Both the position numbers and the translations under genes were made by a program. From a virus (taxonomy: Duplodnaviria; Caudoviricetes), in IMG/VR virus record IMGVR_UViG_3300035180_001680: 64,000 nt of DNA; one strand, 5' to 3'. Positions 46,806-57,400 of the stretch are shown here, piece after piece. The notes beneath the pieces are model-generated. The model was not told the origin of the DNA, searched no databases, and was given only the letters and a program-made list of their open reading frames with translations. Numbering within the stretch: the first letter of the stretch is position 1; each line of letters begins with the position of its first letter.

Positions 46806-47660
46806 ATGTTTCGAATTTATCGTTCTCGTCGTTACTATTGGTCTTGTTCAAAGTTCGCTGACTGGTTCCGGAGAACTTTTTCTAATATTCCCAAATTACA
46901 TTCTGGAACTTCTACTCAATGGAAAGAATGGAAAAAAGCTGCTAAAGATGACAACCAATTCGTGTATTGGTTTACGGAAGAATTCCTCAATAAAGCACAA
47001 AACTTTTTTATGTTCCCGTATGATGTATGGGATGGTTTTCGTGTTTACGTTCGCAATCGCTATATTAGTAAAACTCACCTTGTTTCAACACATCTTAAAA
47101 AAGGTGAATGGCACGAGACCGAAGAGGTGTTACTTCACAGCATGTTTGAACTTCTTGTCGATTTCGTTGAAATTGAACAGGCAAGCATGGCTTTGTGGAA
47201 TGAAGAAAACCGAAAAGAATACAAGAGCAAGACTCCTTGGTGGAATAGGTCTTTAACATATAGGTTTGGTCAATGGCGCTCCAGGGAATTAGGAATTAAA
47301 TCACTTGAATGGGCAATGACTCTAAAACATGGTGATGGAGATTACTTACCAGAAACAGACTCAAGGTTCGGTACGCCAACGAATCATGCAAAAGCCGCAT
47401 GTGAAATTATGGATTTATATATTTGGTGGAAAGATGTTCGTCCCGTTCGTCCGACACCAGATGAGCTTTCTGGTAGAACGGAAGCGTTTAAAAATCGTTT
47501 TGACAACACAGAAGATTTATGGGATATCTTGGATAGAGTGCAAACTAAAGAAGAAAAGGATATGTATGAAGTTTCTAGTCGCATCGAAATTGCCCAACAC
47601 GAAGAAGATACAGATATGATGGTTCGTTTAATTAAAGTTCGTTCGGACATGTGGACATAA
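46806..47660 (+). CDS. Conserved T4-like phage hypothetical protein
   Basis: AAGGAG site; W.CSKFADW, LHSMFELLVDFVE.E, LY.WWK..RP.R, RLIKVR..MWT motifs. Confidence 0.75.
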   Translation: MFRIYRSRRYYWSCSKFADWFRRTFSNIPKLHSGTSTQWKEWKKAAKDDNQFVYWFTEEFLNKAQNFFMFPYDVWDGFRVYVRNRYISKTHLVSTHLKKGEWHETEEVLLHSMFELLVDFVEIEQASMALWNEENRKEYKSKTPWWNRSLTYRFGQWRSRELGIKSLEWAMTLKHGDGDYLPETDSRFGTPTNHAKAACEIMDLYIWWKDVRPVRPTPDELSGRTEAFKNRFDNTEDLWDILDRVQTKEEKDMYEVSSRIEIAQHEEDTDMMVRLIKVRSDMWT

Positions 47661-47821
47661 TGGAAGTTGCTTCTCCTTGCACGAATACATGTAAACTAGA
47701 TAAAGAAGGTATTTGTGTTGGATGCTTTCGTACAATAGATGAAATCAAAAATTGGAGAACTTTTTCTGAACAACAAAAGATTGACGTTTGGACTAGATTG
47801 TTGTTAGAACACAAACGTTGA
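47660..47821 (+). CDS. DUF1289-like small Cys-rich protein (below the ORF-track cutoff)
   Basis: MEVASPCTNTCKLDKEGICVGCFRTIDEIKNW; 53 aa; TAATG coupling. Confidence 0.75.
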   Translation: MEVASPCTNTCKLDKEGICVGCFRTIDEIKNWRTFSEQQKIDVWTRLLLEHKR

Positions 47822-48080
47822 CCCTTTTGTTGATTAGGGTATAGTAATTAATCTCAACCACTATGAAAGAAAATGATAAACTCACAAACACCAACCGTTT
47901 TTCTTGATTTGGAATAAACTGTAATTGTCAGTTGGGATAACCCTCGTCTAATCAATATCCAGGCAGTTAAATTTTTTATCTTGATTGATGACGTTGTTGA
48001 TGATATTACACTAAACCATTTTTCAAAAAACGTTATGATTCGGACAATAAATATTAAAACAATAATATCCGAGACAGCAA

Positions 48081-48374
48081 ATGACAGATTACGTGGTAAG
48101 TGAAGATTTTTTAGAAACACTTTATGATTTGATTGACACAGCAGTGTTAACATCAGAAGTAAATTTTGAAGACCCAACAGTTGATTATGAAATAGCAAAA
48201 CGGTTGGTTATTGAACAAACAATTCCATTAATAGTCGATATTTTTGATAGTAAGGTATTAAACCAGAATGAACAGTTGATGTCTTATATCGTAGCACTTT
48301 CCCAAGTGGTTCTTGAAAACTTTTATCTTAACGTTGAAAACATTCACCTTAAAAATAAGTTGACAACGAAGTAA
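48081..48374 (+). CDS. Hypothetical protein
   Basis: 97-aa acidic helical ORF. Confidence 0.55.
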   Translation: MTDYVVSEDFLETLYDLIDTAVLTSEVNFEDPTVDYEIAKRLVIEQTIPLIVDIFDSKVLNQNEQLMSYIVALSQVVLENFYLNVENIHLKNKLTTK

Positions 48375-48471
48375 ATTTAATATATAAATAAAGTTGTCTT
48401 TGCAATGAAGACAAACCAACAGACTTTAACAAAAGGCATTTAGTCTGTATGCCGTATAAAAGGAGAAACAA

Positions 48472-49209
48472 ATGATGTATTCAGAAAAATTCGTAGCAAC
48501 AATTAAAGCTGGTGGTAAAGTTCTTCGTGAACATGGAAATATAGTTTACGTTCCTTTTGGTTCAGAGTTTTCAATATTCCTTAAAAATTTGAACACAGTT
48601 CGTGCTAGTGTTTCAATTTCAATTGATGGCGAAGACGTATTGAATGGCAGTTCAATTATCGTTGATGCAAATAAAGATATTGAGTTGGAACGATATTTGA
48701 AAGATTTAGATAAAGGTAATCGTTTCAAGTTTATTGAACGAACTTCTTCTATTGAACAATATCGTGGTGTTGGAACAGAGGATGGGTTAGTTCGAATTGA
48801 GTATCAGTTTGAAAAACCACAAATACATTGGTATGGTTGTATCGATGCTCGACCAATGTATGTAACAAGTGCAATTTGCCGTGGCACTGTCGTTGGTTCT
48901 GTGCATGATTCAGAGTCATACAGTGCACAGTCAGTAAATGACGCAATGTCGTATGTTCCTCAAAATGATGTTGGTATTACTGTTCCCGGGTCGTTGTCAA
49001 CACAACAATTTACAACAGTTGCCCCATTAAACCTTGAAACGGAAAAACATGTAATCGTTCTCCAAATTAAGGGAGAAACAGAACAAAACAAACCTGTTGT
49101 TGTTCCCGTGACTGTCAAGGTGAAACCAAAATGTCAAACTTGTGGGAAAGTTAATAAAAGCGGTTCAAAATTCTGTAGTAATTGTGGAACTTCATTAGAC
49201 GTGATATAA
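48472..49209 (+). CDS. Conserved hypothetical protein with a C-terminal zinc ribbon
   Basis: AAGGAG site; CQTC..FCSNCGT. Confidence 0.75.
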   Translation: MMYSEKFVATIKAGGKVLREHGNIVYVPFGSEFSIFLKNLNTVRASVSISIDGEDVLNGSSIIVDANKDIELERYLKDLDKGNRFKFIERTSSIEQYRGVGTEDGLVRIEYQFEKPQIHWYGCIDARPMYVTSAICRGTVVGSVHDSESYSAQSVNDAMSYVPQNDVGITVPGSLSTQQFTTVAPLNLETEKHVIVLQIKGETEQNKPVVVPVTVKVKPKCQTCGKVNKSGSKFCSNCGTSLDVI

Positions 49210-49233
49210 AAAAGGGGACTTTAGTCCCCTTTT
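49210..49233. terminator. Intrinsic terminator
   Basis: AAAAGGGGAC-TTTA-GTCCCCTTTT between convergent genes. Confidence 0.8.
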
Positions 49234-49656
49234 CCTCGTGTGTATGTCTTACTTTCTTTCGTTTTTGTATTAACAACTTTATATTTTTTACCATCGGGAC
49301 AATTTTCTCTTCCTTCTCGTTTCGCGGTACTCTCGGAATAAAATGAACCTAATCTTTCAAATTTTCCATCTCCCTTGTAGTTAATTAAAGTATCAAAGTC
49401 AGAATCTGTTTTTTTCGTATTTTGCTTTTCCGTATGTTGCTTCTGTTAGTCTATTAACATACTTACCTGGAGACATAGCATGTAACCTTTCAAGTTGTTT
49501 GGCGTGTTCTACAGGTGTTCTATTGCGTTCTTTCGCTGCTTTTTTAATATAATCATTGAACTCTTCTTTATTCATCATAGAAATTCTTTGTTTGTGCTTG
49601 ATTACATTAGGTGGCATTCCACCCTCATAAAGTTCTCTTAATTTTATTCAGTCACC

Positions 49657-49914
49657 CTATAACCAATTACCTTCTTCGTCAGAAGGGATATCATCTATTG
49701 TATATTTGTCAAGTTCTTGACCATTTACATAAACTACACGAAAAGTGGTCAAATCAATTACGTTATTGTCAATAGTAACAATAGTATTATCAGATATAAT
49801 TTGTCCTACCATATACATTGGTGATTCCAACAACGCAAAGAAAGGATCAAGGGGTTGAACTTTAATAATATCACCAGTTCTTATCGTAGCTCCATTATTG
49901 AGTAACAAGACCAT
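49657..49914 (-). CDS. Hypothetical protein
   Basis: GGAG site; 85 aa. Confidence 0.55.
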   Translation of the reverse strand: MVLLLNNGATIRTGDIIKVQPLDPFFALLESPMYMVGQIISDNTIVTIDNNVIDLTTFRVVYVNGQELDKYTIDDIPSDEEGNWL

Positions 49915-49997
49915 ATCTCCATCTTTTCAATATTTATGTATAACAGAAAAAATGCTTCTAGTTATAAATATAAATAATAGGAACTAGGGAGCATATA

Positions 49998-52900
49998 ATG
50001 TTATTTGATGGTATTACACTCAACGAAGGTTCGCATATTCTAAACGCATCGATTGAAAGTGGAGCAAGTTTTCCGCTTGTTCCTAATGTAGGAGAATTGT
50101 TTTACAAAACTAGCGTGGGACTTCATGTGTTTGATGGTTCTACGTGGAATTTGGTGAACACGTCTGACACCACATCATTCATATTGAAATCTGGCGGAAC
50201 AATGACTGGTTATCTTGTGTTGAATGATGACCCAACAACGAATCTACAAGCAGCAACTAAACACTATGTTGATAACTCTGTTGCATCGTATGCACCATTG
50301 ACAGGAACAGGGACTTCAGGAACTTGGGGTATTAGTATTACAGGAAATGCAGCTACTGTCACTACTAACGCCAATTTAACAGGAGTAGTTACATCAGTAG
50401 GAAACGCAACGTCTATCGGTGCTGGTGCAATTTCAAATACAATGTTAGCAAATTCTGCGGTTGCAAATTTGAGTGGTACTAATACAGGTGACCAAACAAT
50501 TTCTATTTCAGGTGACGTTACAGCTTCTGGGAGTACTGGAGTCTTAACAGCAACAGTAACAAAAATAAATGGGACGGATTTATCTGGATTGACAACCGGA
50601 TTATTAAAAAATACTACAGGAACTGGTGTTCCGTCTATTGCAGTTGCTGGGACAGATTATTTATTACCAACGGGGAGTGCTGCATCATTAACAAACTTCC
50701 CAACATTAAACCAAAATACAACTGGAAATGCCGCCACAGCTTCTGCTGTTCCATTCAGTGGAATAACAAGCAAACCCACAACATTATCGGGTTACGGAAT
50801 AACGGATGGACAGCCTCTAGACGGAGACTTAACTTCAATTGCTGGACTTGCTGGAACAAGTGGTCTTTTAAAGAAAACTGCCGCAAATACATGGGCGCTT
50901 GACACAAACACATATTTAACTTCCTCAACGGGTGTAACGTCAGTTGCAGGAACGGCTGGTAATATTACAGCAAGTGCATCTACAGGAGCCGTTACACTCA
51001 ACCTTGCAACTATTACAGATTCTGGTCTTGGTTCTTTCAAGAAGATAAACACAGATGGGTTTGGACGAGTAACAGGAACAACAACAGTAACTTCTTCTGA
51101 TATAACAACAACTCTTGGATATACTCCTGCGAATAAAGTTGGAGATTCTATCACAGGTAATTTTGTTTTTGATGGAGTTCATACGGTAACAGGGCTTCCT
51201 TCTCCTACAGGTGGAACAGATGCTGCAAATAAAAATTACGTTGATGCGGCAACTAACGGTCTCACATGGAAATCTGCTGTTCGAGTAGCATCGACTACAA
51301 ATATAAACCTTACCACAGGAGGACTCATTGCGGTAGATGGTGTTACAACCGTTGCAGGTGACAGAGTTCTCGTTAAAGATCAAACATTACCAAAAGAAAA
51401 CGGAATTTATATCGCTGGAACGGGTGCATGGACACGTGCTTCAGATATGAATTTAGCCAGTGAATTTGATGGTTCTGCAGTCTTTGTAAAAGAAGGAACA
51501 TTATATCAAAGTTCTGGTTGGACAGAAACAGCAACTGTGGTAACTGTAGGAACTGATACAGTTACATTTTCAGAGTTTACTGGTGGGGCTTTGTATACTT
51601 GGGGAGTAGGTTTAGCAAATACAGGAAATACAGTTAATATTCAATTGGGTGCAGGTATTGCTGAACTCCCAACAGACGAGGTTGGTATTGACGTATATTC
51701 TGGTGGCGGATTAATGCTAACAGTTGATGGAACAACATCTTCTACATCAACAGCAGCCCAAGTTTCATTAACTAAAGTTGGAACTTCTGGCACATACACG
51801 AGTGTTTCGACAGATTCATACGGTCGTGTTACAAGTGGAAGTAATCCAGCTACTGTTAATTCATTTAATACGAGAACTGGTTCTGTAACATTAACGAGTG
51901 GTGATGTTACATCTGCTCTGGGATCTACAACGGCTAATTATTTCCTTGCAACACCAAACGGTTCGACAGGAACTCCATCATTACGTGCAATAGTTGCAGC
52001 AGATATTCCAACATTAAACCAAAACACAACTGGAAATGCGGGAACAGCAACAATATTGCAAACTGGAAGAACGATTGCTCTTTCAGGTGCAGCTACAGGA
52101 ACAGCTACTTCTTTTGATGGTAGTGCAAACATCACCATCCCAGTCACCTCACTGAATGCAGCAAACTTATCTGGGACTATTCCTTCCGCAGTATTGGGAG
52201 CAAGTACAACTTATGTTGGAACAACAGCTGTTGCATTAAACAGAGCAAGTGCAGCTTTGGCATTAACTGGCATCACTGGAGTTTCGAGTACAGGCGCTTT
52301 GACGTTAAGTTCTACCACCACAAACGCTGTTACATTGGATTCTGGAACAACAGGTGCTGTTAATATTGGTAATAACGCAAACGCCAAAACCATCACTGTT
52401 GGTAACGTGACTGGTGCAACTGGTGTTGTTGTGAATAGTGGTACAGCTGGTGTGCTGTTCAATCAAGTACCAACTGGAACATTCGCTATAACGGCCACTG
52501 CTGCACCAACTACAGACATGACGCAGGTTACTGCTGCGGGAGTGGTAACTGCAGGTGTAAATGCATTGTCAGTGACGTATTCGGGTGGTGCTGCAGCAGT
52601 TGAGGCAAGTGCTGCGCGGCTCAACCTGACACCAGGCACAACATCCGGTGGTACTTGGTCAGCAATGAGGGTAACACCCTCGAGTGCTGCTGCTGCTGCT
52701 GGTGTTACAATGAACGGCGTGAAGTTTGATTCAGTAACTGCCGGCGCAGGTACTGACAACATGATTTATGCGGGTACCGGGTGGGACAACATCATAAGTT
52801 ATAACGGTACAAGTGTTGTGAACGGGTCCGGACAGCTGAATGCGGCCCAATTAACAGGTACTGTTCCTAGTGCTACTATTAGTGGGGCATACTCTGGCAT

Positions 52901-53456
52901 TACTACTCTGGGTATTTCAGGACAATTAACAAGTACCTTAGCAACCGGTACAGCTCCGTTCGCCGTGAGTAGCACAACCCCTGTAGACAACCTAAGTATA
53001 GGTGGTAATGCGGCAACGGCCTCGACAGCGAATGCGCTCAACACCGGCAACAACTACCAAATGAATAGTTTGGGTGTTGGAACAGCAGGTTCAGGCACGG
53101 CTGGTGAGATTCGTGCTACTAATAATGTGACAGCTTATTATTCCTCGGATTCTCGTTTAAAGGAAAACATAAAACCAATCGAAAATGCTCTTGCTAAGGT
53201 CAAGTTAATTAACGGTGTTACGTATGATTGGACAGAAGATTTCATCGAGTCTCATGGAGGTGAAGACGGTTACTTTATTCGTAAACACGACGTTGGCGTA
53301 ATCGCACAGGAAGTTGAGGCTGTGATGCCAGAAATTGTGGTCGATCGGGATGATGGTTACAAAGCGGTTAAATACGAGCGTATGGTTGCACTTCTCATTG
53401 AAGCGGTTAAAGAATTATCTGCTGAAATTGAAGTGTTAAAAGCAAAAGTCAATTAG
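49998..53456 (+). CDS. Tail fibre protein with a C-terminal intramolecular chaperone (peptidase S74-like)
   Basis: G/T/S/A-rich; KSGGTMTGYL and AATKHYVD fibre motifs; SDSRLKENI..I.NAL.KV..I.GV.YDW; C-terminal coiled coil. Confidence 0.9.
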   Translation: MLFDGITLNEGSHILNASIESGASFPLVPNVGELFYKTSVGLHVFDGSTWNLVNTSDTTSFILKSGGTMTGYLVLNDDPTTNLQAATKHYVDNSVASYAPLTGTGTSGTWGISITGNAATVTTNANLTGVVTSVGNATSIGAGAISNTMLANSAVANLSGTNTGDQTISISGDVTASGSTGVLTATVTKINGTDLSGLTTGLLKNTTGTGVPSIAVAGTDYLLPTGSAASLTNFPTLNQNTTGNAATASAVPFSGITSKPTTLSGYGITDGQPLDGDLTSIAGLAGTSGLLKKTAANTWALDTNTYLTSSTGVTSVAGTAGNITASASTGAVTLNLATITDSGLGSFKKINTDGFGRVTGTTTVTSSDITTTLGYTPANKVGDSITGNFVFDGVHTVTGLPSPTGGTDAANKNYVDAATNGLTWKSAVRVASTTNINLTTGGLIAVDGVTTVAGDRVLVKDQTLPKENGIYIAGTGAWTRASDMNLASEFDGSAVFVKEGTLYQSSGWTETATVVTVGTDTVTFSEFTGGALYTWGVGLANTGNTVNIQLGAGIAELPTDEVGIDVYSGGGLMLTVDGTTSSTSTAAQVSLTKVGTSGTYTSVSTDSYGRVTSGSNPATVNSFNTRTGSVTLTSGDVTSALGSTTANYFLATPNGSTGTPSLRAIVAADIPTLNQNTTGNAGTATILQTGRTIALSGAATGTATSFDGSANITIPVTSLNAANLSGTIPSAVLGASTTYVGTTAVALNRASAALALTGITGVSSTGALTLSSTTTNAVTLDSGTTGAVNIGNNANAKTITVGNVTGATGVVVNSGTAGVLFNQVPTGTFAITATAAPTTDMTQVTAAGVVTAGVNALSVTYSGGAAAVEASAARLNLTPGTTSGGTWSAMRVTPSSAAAAAGVTMNGVKFDSVTAGAGTDNMIYAGTGWDNIISYNGTSVVNGSGQLNAAQLTGTVPSATISGAYSGITTLGISGQLTSTLATGTAPFAVSSTTPVDNLSIGGNAATASTANALNTGNNYQMNSLGVGTAGSGTAGEIRATNNVTAYYSSDSRLKENIKPIENALAKVKLINGVTYDWTEDFIESHGGEDGYFIRKHDVGVIAQEVEAVMPEIVVDRDDGYKAVKYERMVALLIEAVKELSAEIEVLKAKVN

Positions 53457-53468
53457 GAGGATACAACG

Positions 53469-53987
53469 ATGGCAATTTATGCAAAGGTCGAAAATGGTGT
53501 AGCAACCGAATATCCCATATTTGAAGGACAACTTGAACCGTTATTTGTGGACTTAAAATTTCCTTTGGATGATCCAAAAAACATAACAATTAACAATGGG
53601 ACATTATGTCCTGCTGGTTATGTGGTTGTTCAGGTAAATCCTGTTGTAAATCCAGACCCGACAACGATCTATACGATGGGATTGCCTACTCTTGATCCAG
53701 TAGATGGAATATGGAAAGAGGCTTGGATTGCAACTCCCATGACAGCAGACCAAATCACTGCTGCCAAAACAGGAATTGCTTCACGGGTTCGTACAAAGCG
53801 TAACAAATTGTTAGCAGCTTCAGATGTATATGTTACATCTGACCGTTGGGCTATTATGTCATCTACCGACCAACAAATGTGGGCAACATTCCGACAAGCT
53901 TTACGTGACATACCAACACAAACCGATTTCCCTATTAGTGTAACATGGCCAATAGAACCTTCGGTATTCCAGGTCAACTCCTTCTAA
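53469..53987 (+). CDS. Tail fibre assembly chaperone
   Basis: R.KRN.LL..SD..W..W..RQALRDIP.Q..FP..V.WP. Confidence 0.85.
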   Translation: MAIYAKVENGVATEYPIFEGQLEPLFVDLKFPLDDPKNITINNGTLCPAGYVVVQVNPVVNPDPTTIYTMGLPTLDPVDGIWKEAWIATPMTADQITAAKTGIASRVRTKRNKLLAASDVYVTSDRWAIMSSTDQQMWATFRQALRDIPTQTDFPISVTWPIEPSVFQVNSF

Positions 53988-54000
53988 TAAGAGAGATGCT

Positions 54001-55524
54001 ATGACACTACAAACATCAGGTGCAATATCACTAAGTGATATTCAAACAGAATTCGGGGGAGCTAATCCTATTGGACTGAATGAGTATTACGCTGGTGGTG
54101 GCTTAGTTCCATCGGGTACGACTGGAACTAATGGTGCAGTTCCTTCTAGTGGAGAAATTAACTTCTGGAACTTCTATGGGACGGCAGCAGCAGCAGCTGC
54201 TGCCACATATTGGATGTCTATGCTAACTATTAACTCTGTTCAAACGGAAGACAACTATGGACAATCTATTGCCGTTGATGGGCATGGAAATGTATACATA
54301 ACTGGATATGAAACAACACAGACTGCAGGTTATAACGATATCTTCATAGCTAAATACAATACAAGTGGGGTTATTCAGTGGCAAAGAAGATTAGGTGGAA
54401 CGGACTATGATTATGGACAAGCTATTGCTGTTGATGGGTCTGGAAATGTCTATATTGCTGGATATGAAGCTTCACAGACTGCAGGTAATTACGATATCTT
54501 CATAGCTAAATACAGTACAAGTGGGGTTATTCAGTGGCAAAGAAGATTAGGTGGAACGAGTACTGATGGTGGAGCTGGCATTGCTGTTGATGGGTCTGGA
54601 AATGTCTATATTGCTGGATATGAATATTCACAGACTGCAGGTAATTACGATGTGTTTATAGCTAAATACAATACAAGTGGGGTTATTCAGTGGCAAAGAA
54701 GCTTAGGTGGAACGAGTACTGATTATGGACAAGCTATTGCCGTTGATGGGTCTGGTAATGTCTATGTAACTGGATATGAAGTACAGACTGCAGGTAATTA
54801 CGATGTGTTTATAGCTAAATACAATACAAGTGGGGTTATTCAGTGGCAAAGAAGATTAGGTGGAACGGGTGCTGATTATGGCACGAGCATTGCTGTTGAT
54901 GGGTCTGGTAATGTCTATGTAACTGGATATGAAACAACACAGACTGCAGGTAGTAACGATGTGTTTATAGCTAAATACAATACAAGTGGGGTTATTCAGT
55001 GGCAAAGAAGATTAGGTGGAACGAATAATGACCGAGGATCGGGCATTGCCGTTGATGGATCTGGAAATGTCTATGTAACTGGATATGAATATTCACAGTC
55101 TGGTGGTGTTAATTACGATATCTTCGTAGCAAAGTATAACACAAGTGGGGTTATTCAGTGGCAAAGAAGAGTCTATAGTAGTACACATGACTTGTACGGT
55201 ACGTCAATCGTAGTTAATGGAACCACATTTAGTGTGTGCGGCTACTATCAAAGTTCTCCTACACATGCATATGTGGCTGTTGGTTCAAATTCATTCATTG
55301 CAAGTCTACCGATAGATGGAACAAAAACAGGATCTAGTGTTACGTTTTCACAAGTATATGCAACACCAGTATTACAATATGCAGCTACTACATTAACGGA
55401 TGCAGCTACTACATTAACGGATGCAGCTACTACCTTAACGGATGCAGCTACTACCTTAACGGATGCAGCTACTACCTTAACGGATGCAGCTACTACCTAC
55501 ACTGCAGAAACACATACGATTTAA
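54001..55524 (+). CDS. Putative receptor-binding protein with SBBP-like beta-propeller repeats
   Basis: N-terminal SGAISLSDIQTEFGG.NPI.L.EYY; six 52-53 aa IAVDGSGNVY..G..D.FIAKYNTSG..QWQR repeats; (AATTLTD)5 tail. Confidence 0.8.
   Translation: MTLQTSGAISLSDIQTEFGGANPIGLNEYYAGGGLVPSGTTGTNGAVPSSGEINFWNFYGTAAAAAAATYWMSMLTINSVQTEDNYGQSIAVDGHGNVYITGYETTQTAGYNDIFIAKYNTSGVIQWQRRLGGTDYDYGQAIAVDGSGNVYIAGYEASQTAGNYDIFIAKYSTSGVIQWQRRLGGTSTDGGAGIAVDGSGNVYIAGYEYSQTAGNYDVFIAKYNTSGVIQWQRSLGGTSTDYGQAIAVDGSGNVYVTGYEVQTAGNYDVFIAKYNTSGVIQWQRRLGGTGADYGTSIAVDGSGNVYVTGYETTQTAGSNDVFIAKYNTSGVIQWQRRLGGTNNDRGSGIAVDGSGNVYVTGYEYSQSGGVNYDIFVAKYNTSGVIQWQRRVYSSTHDLYGTSIVVNGTTFSVCGYYQSSPTHAYVAVGSNSFIASLPIDGTKTGSSVTFSQVYATPVLQYAATTLTDAATTLTDAATTLTDAATTLTDAATTLTDAATTYTAETHTI
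55381..55497. repeat. 21-bp in-frame tandem repeat x5 plus a partial
   Basis: GCAGCTACTAC(A/C)TTAACGGAT at 55381, 55402, 55423, 55444 and 55465. Confidence 0.95.
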
Positions 55525-55526
55525 TT

Positions 55527-56111
55527 ATGGAAACAGTTATACACGAAATACCTTGGAGGCATGCACTAACAGACAGCTTTTTAAGCAATAGTGAATATGA
55601 TGTTGTTGTGGATTACGTAAAAACACTGCTATCTTTTTTGCCGGTGACTGAAGGATATAAAGAATTTTTAGATGACAGTTGTAATACCGAAATTAGCAAT
55701 ATCCTGTGTCCGAAAGTATATCAACTTAGAGATACCTTATTTGATACACTAAATTTCGGCGGGAAAGTTCTCCCTCAAGTTCAATACTCTAATTGTGAGT
55801 TGGTAATATCACCAGCGGGATACCGGTATGGAACTATTCACGAAGAAGGGAAACGAAAATTGATGACTTCCGTATTGTATTTGTATCCTCAGGAAGGTGA
55901 TGGTACAGAGATTTATAAAACTAACAACAAGGATTCATATTTTACAACAATTCCATGGAAACCAGACAGACTGTTGTCTTTTGTTGGTCAAAGGAATCCA
56001 GTGTACCAACGGACATGGCACGACTACGGTAATTCTAAATCATTTCATAGAGTTACTATCAATATGATATTGAGTGAAAATAATCATGGGAATAAAAGGA
56101 CAAGGCAATGA
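55527..56111 (+). CDS. Putative 2OG-Fe(II) oxygenase
   Basis: IHEE..K.MTSVLYL..GT.IY..W...L.F..TWH..R.T (H-x-E...H...R). Confidence 0.6.
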   Translation: METVIHEIPWRHALTDSFLSNSEYDVVVDYVKTLLSFLPVTEGYKEFLDDSCNTEISNILCPKVYQLRDTLFDTLNFGGKVLPQVQYSNCELVISPAGYRYGTIHEEGKRKLMTSVLYLYPQEGDGTEIYKTNNKDSYFTTIPWKPDRLLSFVGQRNPVYQRTWHDYGNSKSFHRVTINMILSENNHGNKRTRQ

Positions 56112-56706
56112 CACTGCAGGCACCAAGTGCAGAAACCAACATGATTCTATGATGGAAGGTAACGTTCTAGGGTCAGGACCCTCCCGTAAATCATATATCC
56201 CAAACGATCTACCCTCTATTGGTTGTAATTTTCCCTGGACACGCGTAAACTGGACAATAATATTTGATGAGCCGGTTATTGATAAGTTAGTGGAACAACC
56301 TAACTTGATTTCAATAGAAACAAAACTAATTCTTCATTCGAGACTTGTTCCTCATCTAACAGTCAACCATTACACAAGTATGCTTCGACCAAGAATTGAC
56401 TCTATATTCAGTTTTACAAGAATTGAAGAGAAACAGTATTACATTAGTTCTGGTCATTACGCAGCATTATGGATGATTAACAAAGGATTTAACAAACTTA
56501 ATCTATATGGAATGGATAATTACTTCGGTGATTTAGTGTGTGGAGATAACTATACACACATTCAAGGAACACAACACTACCTACCTAATACGGTTAAGGA
56601 TAAATACTCCGAACAACAGATATTAGCAAGAGGTCATCATTGGAAAGACGGATGGGACTTGATCCAAAAACAACATTCACACGTAGAGTTTAATTTTGTT
56701 AGATAA
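56074..56706 (+). CDS. GT29 / DUF115-like Rossmann protein (possible glycosyltransferase)
   Basis: VLGSGPS, IGCN, D, SSGHYA, LYGMD; likely start at 56149. Confidence 0.5.
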   Translation: MKIIMGIKGQGNDTAGTKCRNQHDSMMEGNVLGSGPSRKSYIPNDLPSIGCNFPWTRVNWTIIFDEPVIDKLVEQPNLISIETKLILHSRLVPHLTVNHYTSMLRPRIDSIFSFTRIEEKQYYISSGHYAALWMINKGFNKLNLYGMDNYFGDLVCGDNYTHIQGTQHYLPNTVKDKYSEQQILARGHHWKDGWDLIQKQHSHVEFNFVR

Positions 56707-57400
56707 TCCTAAAACAATTATCGTGTCATATCCAAATGCAGGAAGAACTTGGCTCAAGCAAATGACGGATATGCTAGATACGGGTATTATGTATTCTCAC
56801 CAAGGATCCCAACACCGTAACCAACTAACTGCCAGCGAAATTATTCAGTTTCTTCAACAATACCCCGATCGATTTGTAGATAGCAAAATCATACTTCTAC
56901 ACCGTGATATTAAAGACCATCTGGTATCAAATTATTTTCAAACAATATATCGTGTTGGTATCAAACTTGCTTTGTCCGAATTTCTCCGTCATCCTTCTCA
57001 CGGCGTTGAGAAATTAGTCCGTTTTAATTTGTTTTGGAAACAGTTTTCAGGAGCCGAAAAGATTGGAACGGTAAAGTATGATACAATGCGGTTGAATCCT
57101 TCAGAATACTTAGTTCAACTTATCCACTTTTTTGATATACCTATTGATGAAACTAGGATTCCTGAGGTAGTTGACTATTGTTCGTTTGAAAGAATGAAAG
57201 ATAGAGAAACAAAGAGAGAAGGTTGGCAGTACTACTATCAGTACACTACACTTGATAATCCGGAATCATTCAAGTGTCGCAGGGGTAAAGTTGGAGGATA
57301 CGTCGATTATTTATCACCAGAAGATATACAATACTGTGATGCTATCACAGAACAATACAATTATACTGGACTGATGAATGACGATACCATTGGTAATTGA
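56696..57400 (+). CDS. PAPS-dependent sulfotransferase
   Basis: SYPNAGRTWL (5'-PSB), RD..D.LVS.Y (3'-PB), CSFERMK, RRGKVGGY. Confidence 0.85.
   Translation: MLDNPKTIIVSYPNAGRTWLKQMTDMLDTGIMYSHQGSQHRNQLTASEIIQFLQQYPDRFVDSKIILLHRDIKDHLVSNYFQTIYRVGIKLALSEFLRHPSHGVEKLVRFNLFWKQFSGAEKIGTVKYDTMRLNPSEYLVQLIHFFDIPIDETRIPEVVDYCSFERMKDRETKREGWQYYYQYTTLDNPESFKCRRGKVGGYVDYLSPEDIQYCDAITEQYNYTGLMNDDTIGN

Noticed and set aside
50792-53053. Several 70-150 aa minus-strand ORFs
   Set aside because: Antisense shadows of the tail fibre gene, caused by its codon bias.
54001-55524. Diversity-generating retroelement template/variable repeat pair
   Set aside because: The repeats are in-frame propeller blades, differences are not confined to adenines, and no reverse transcriptase is in the window.
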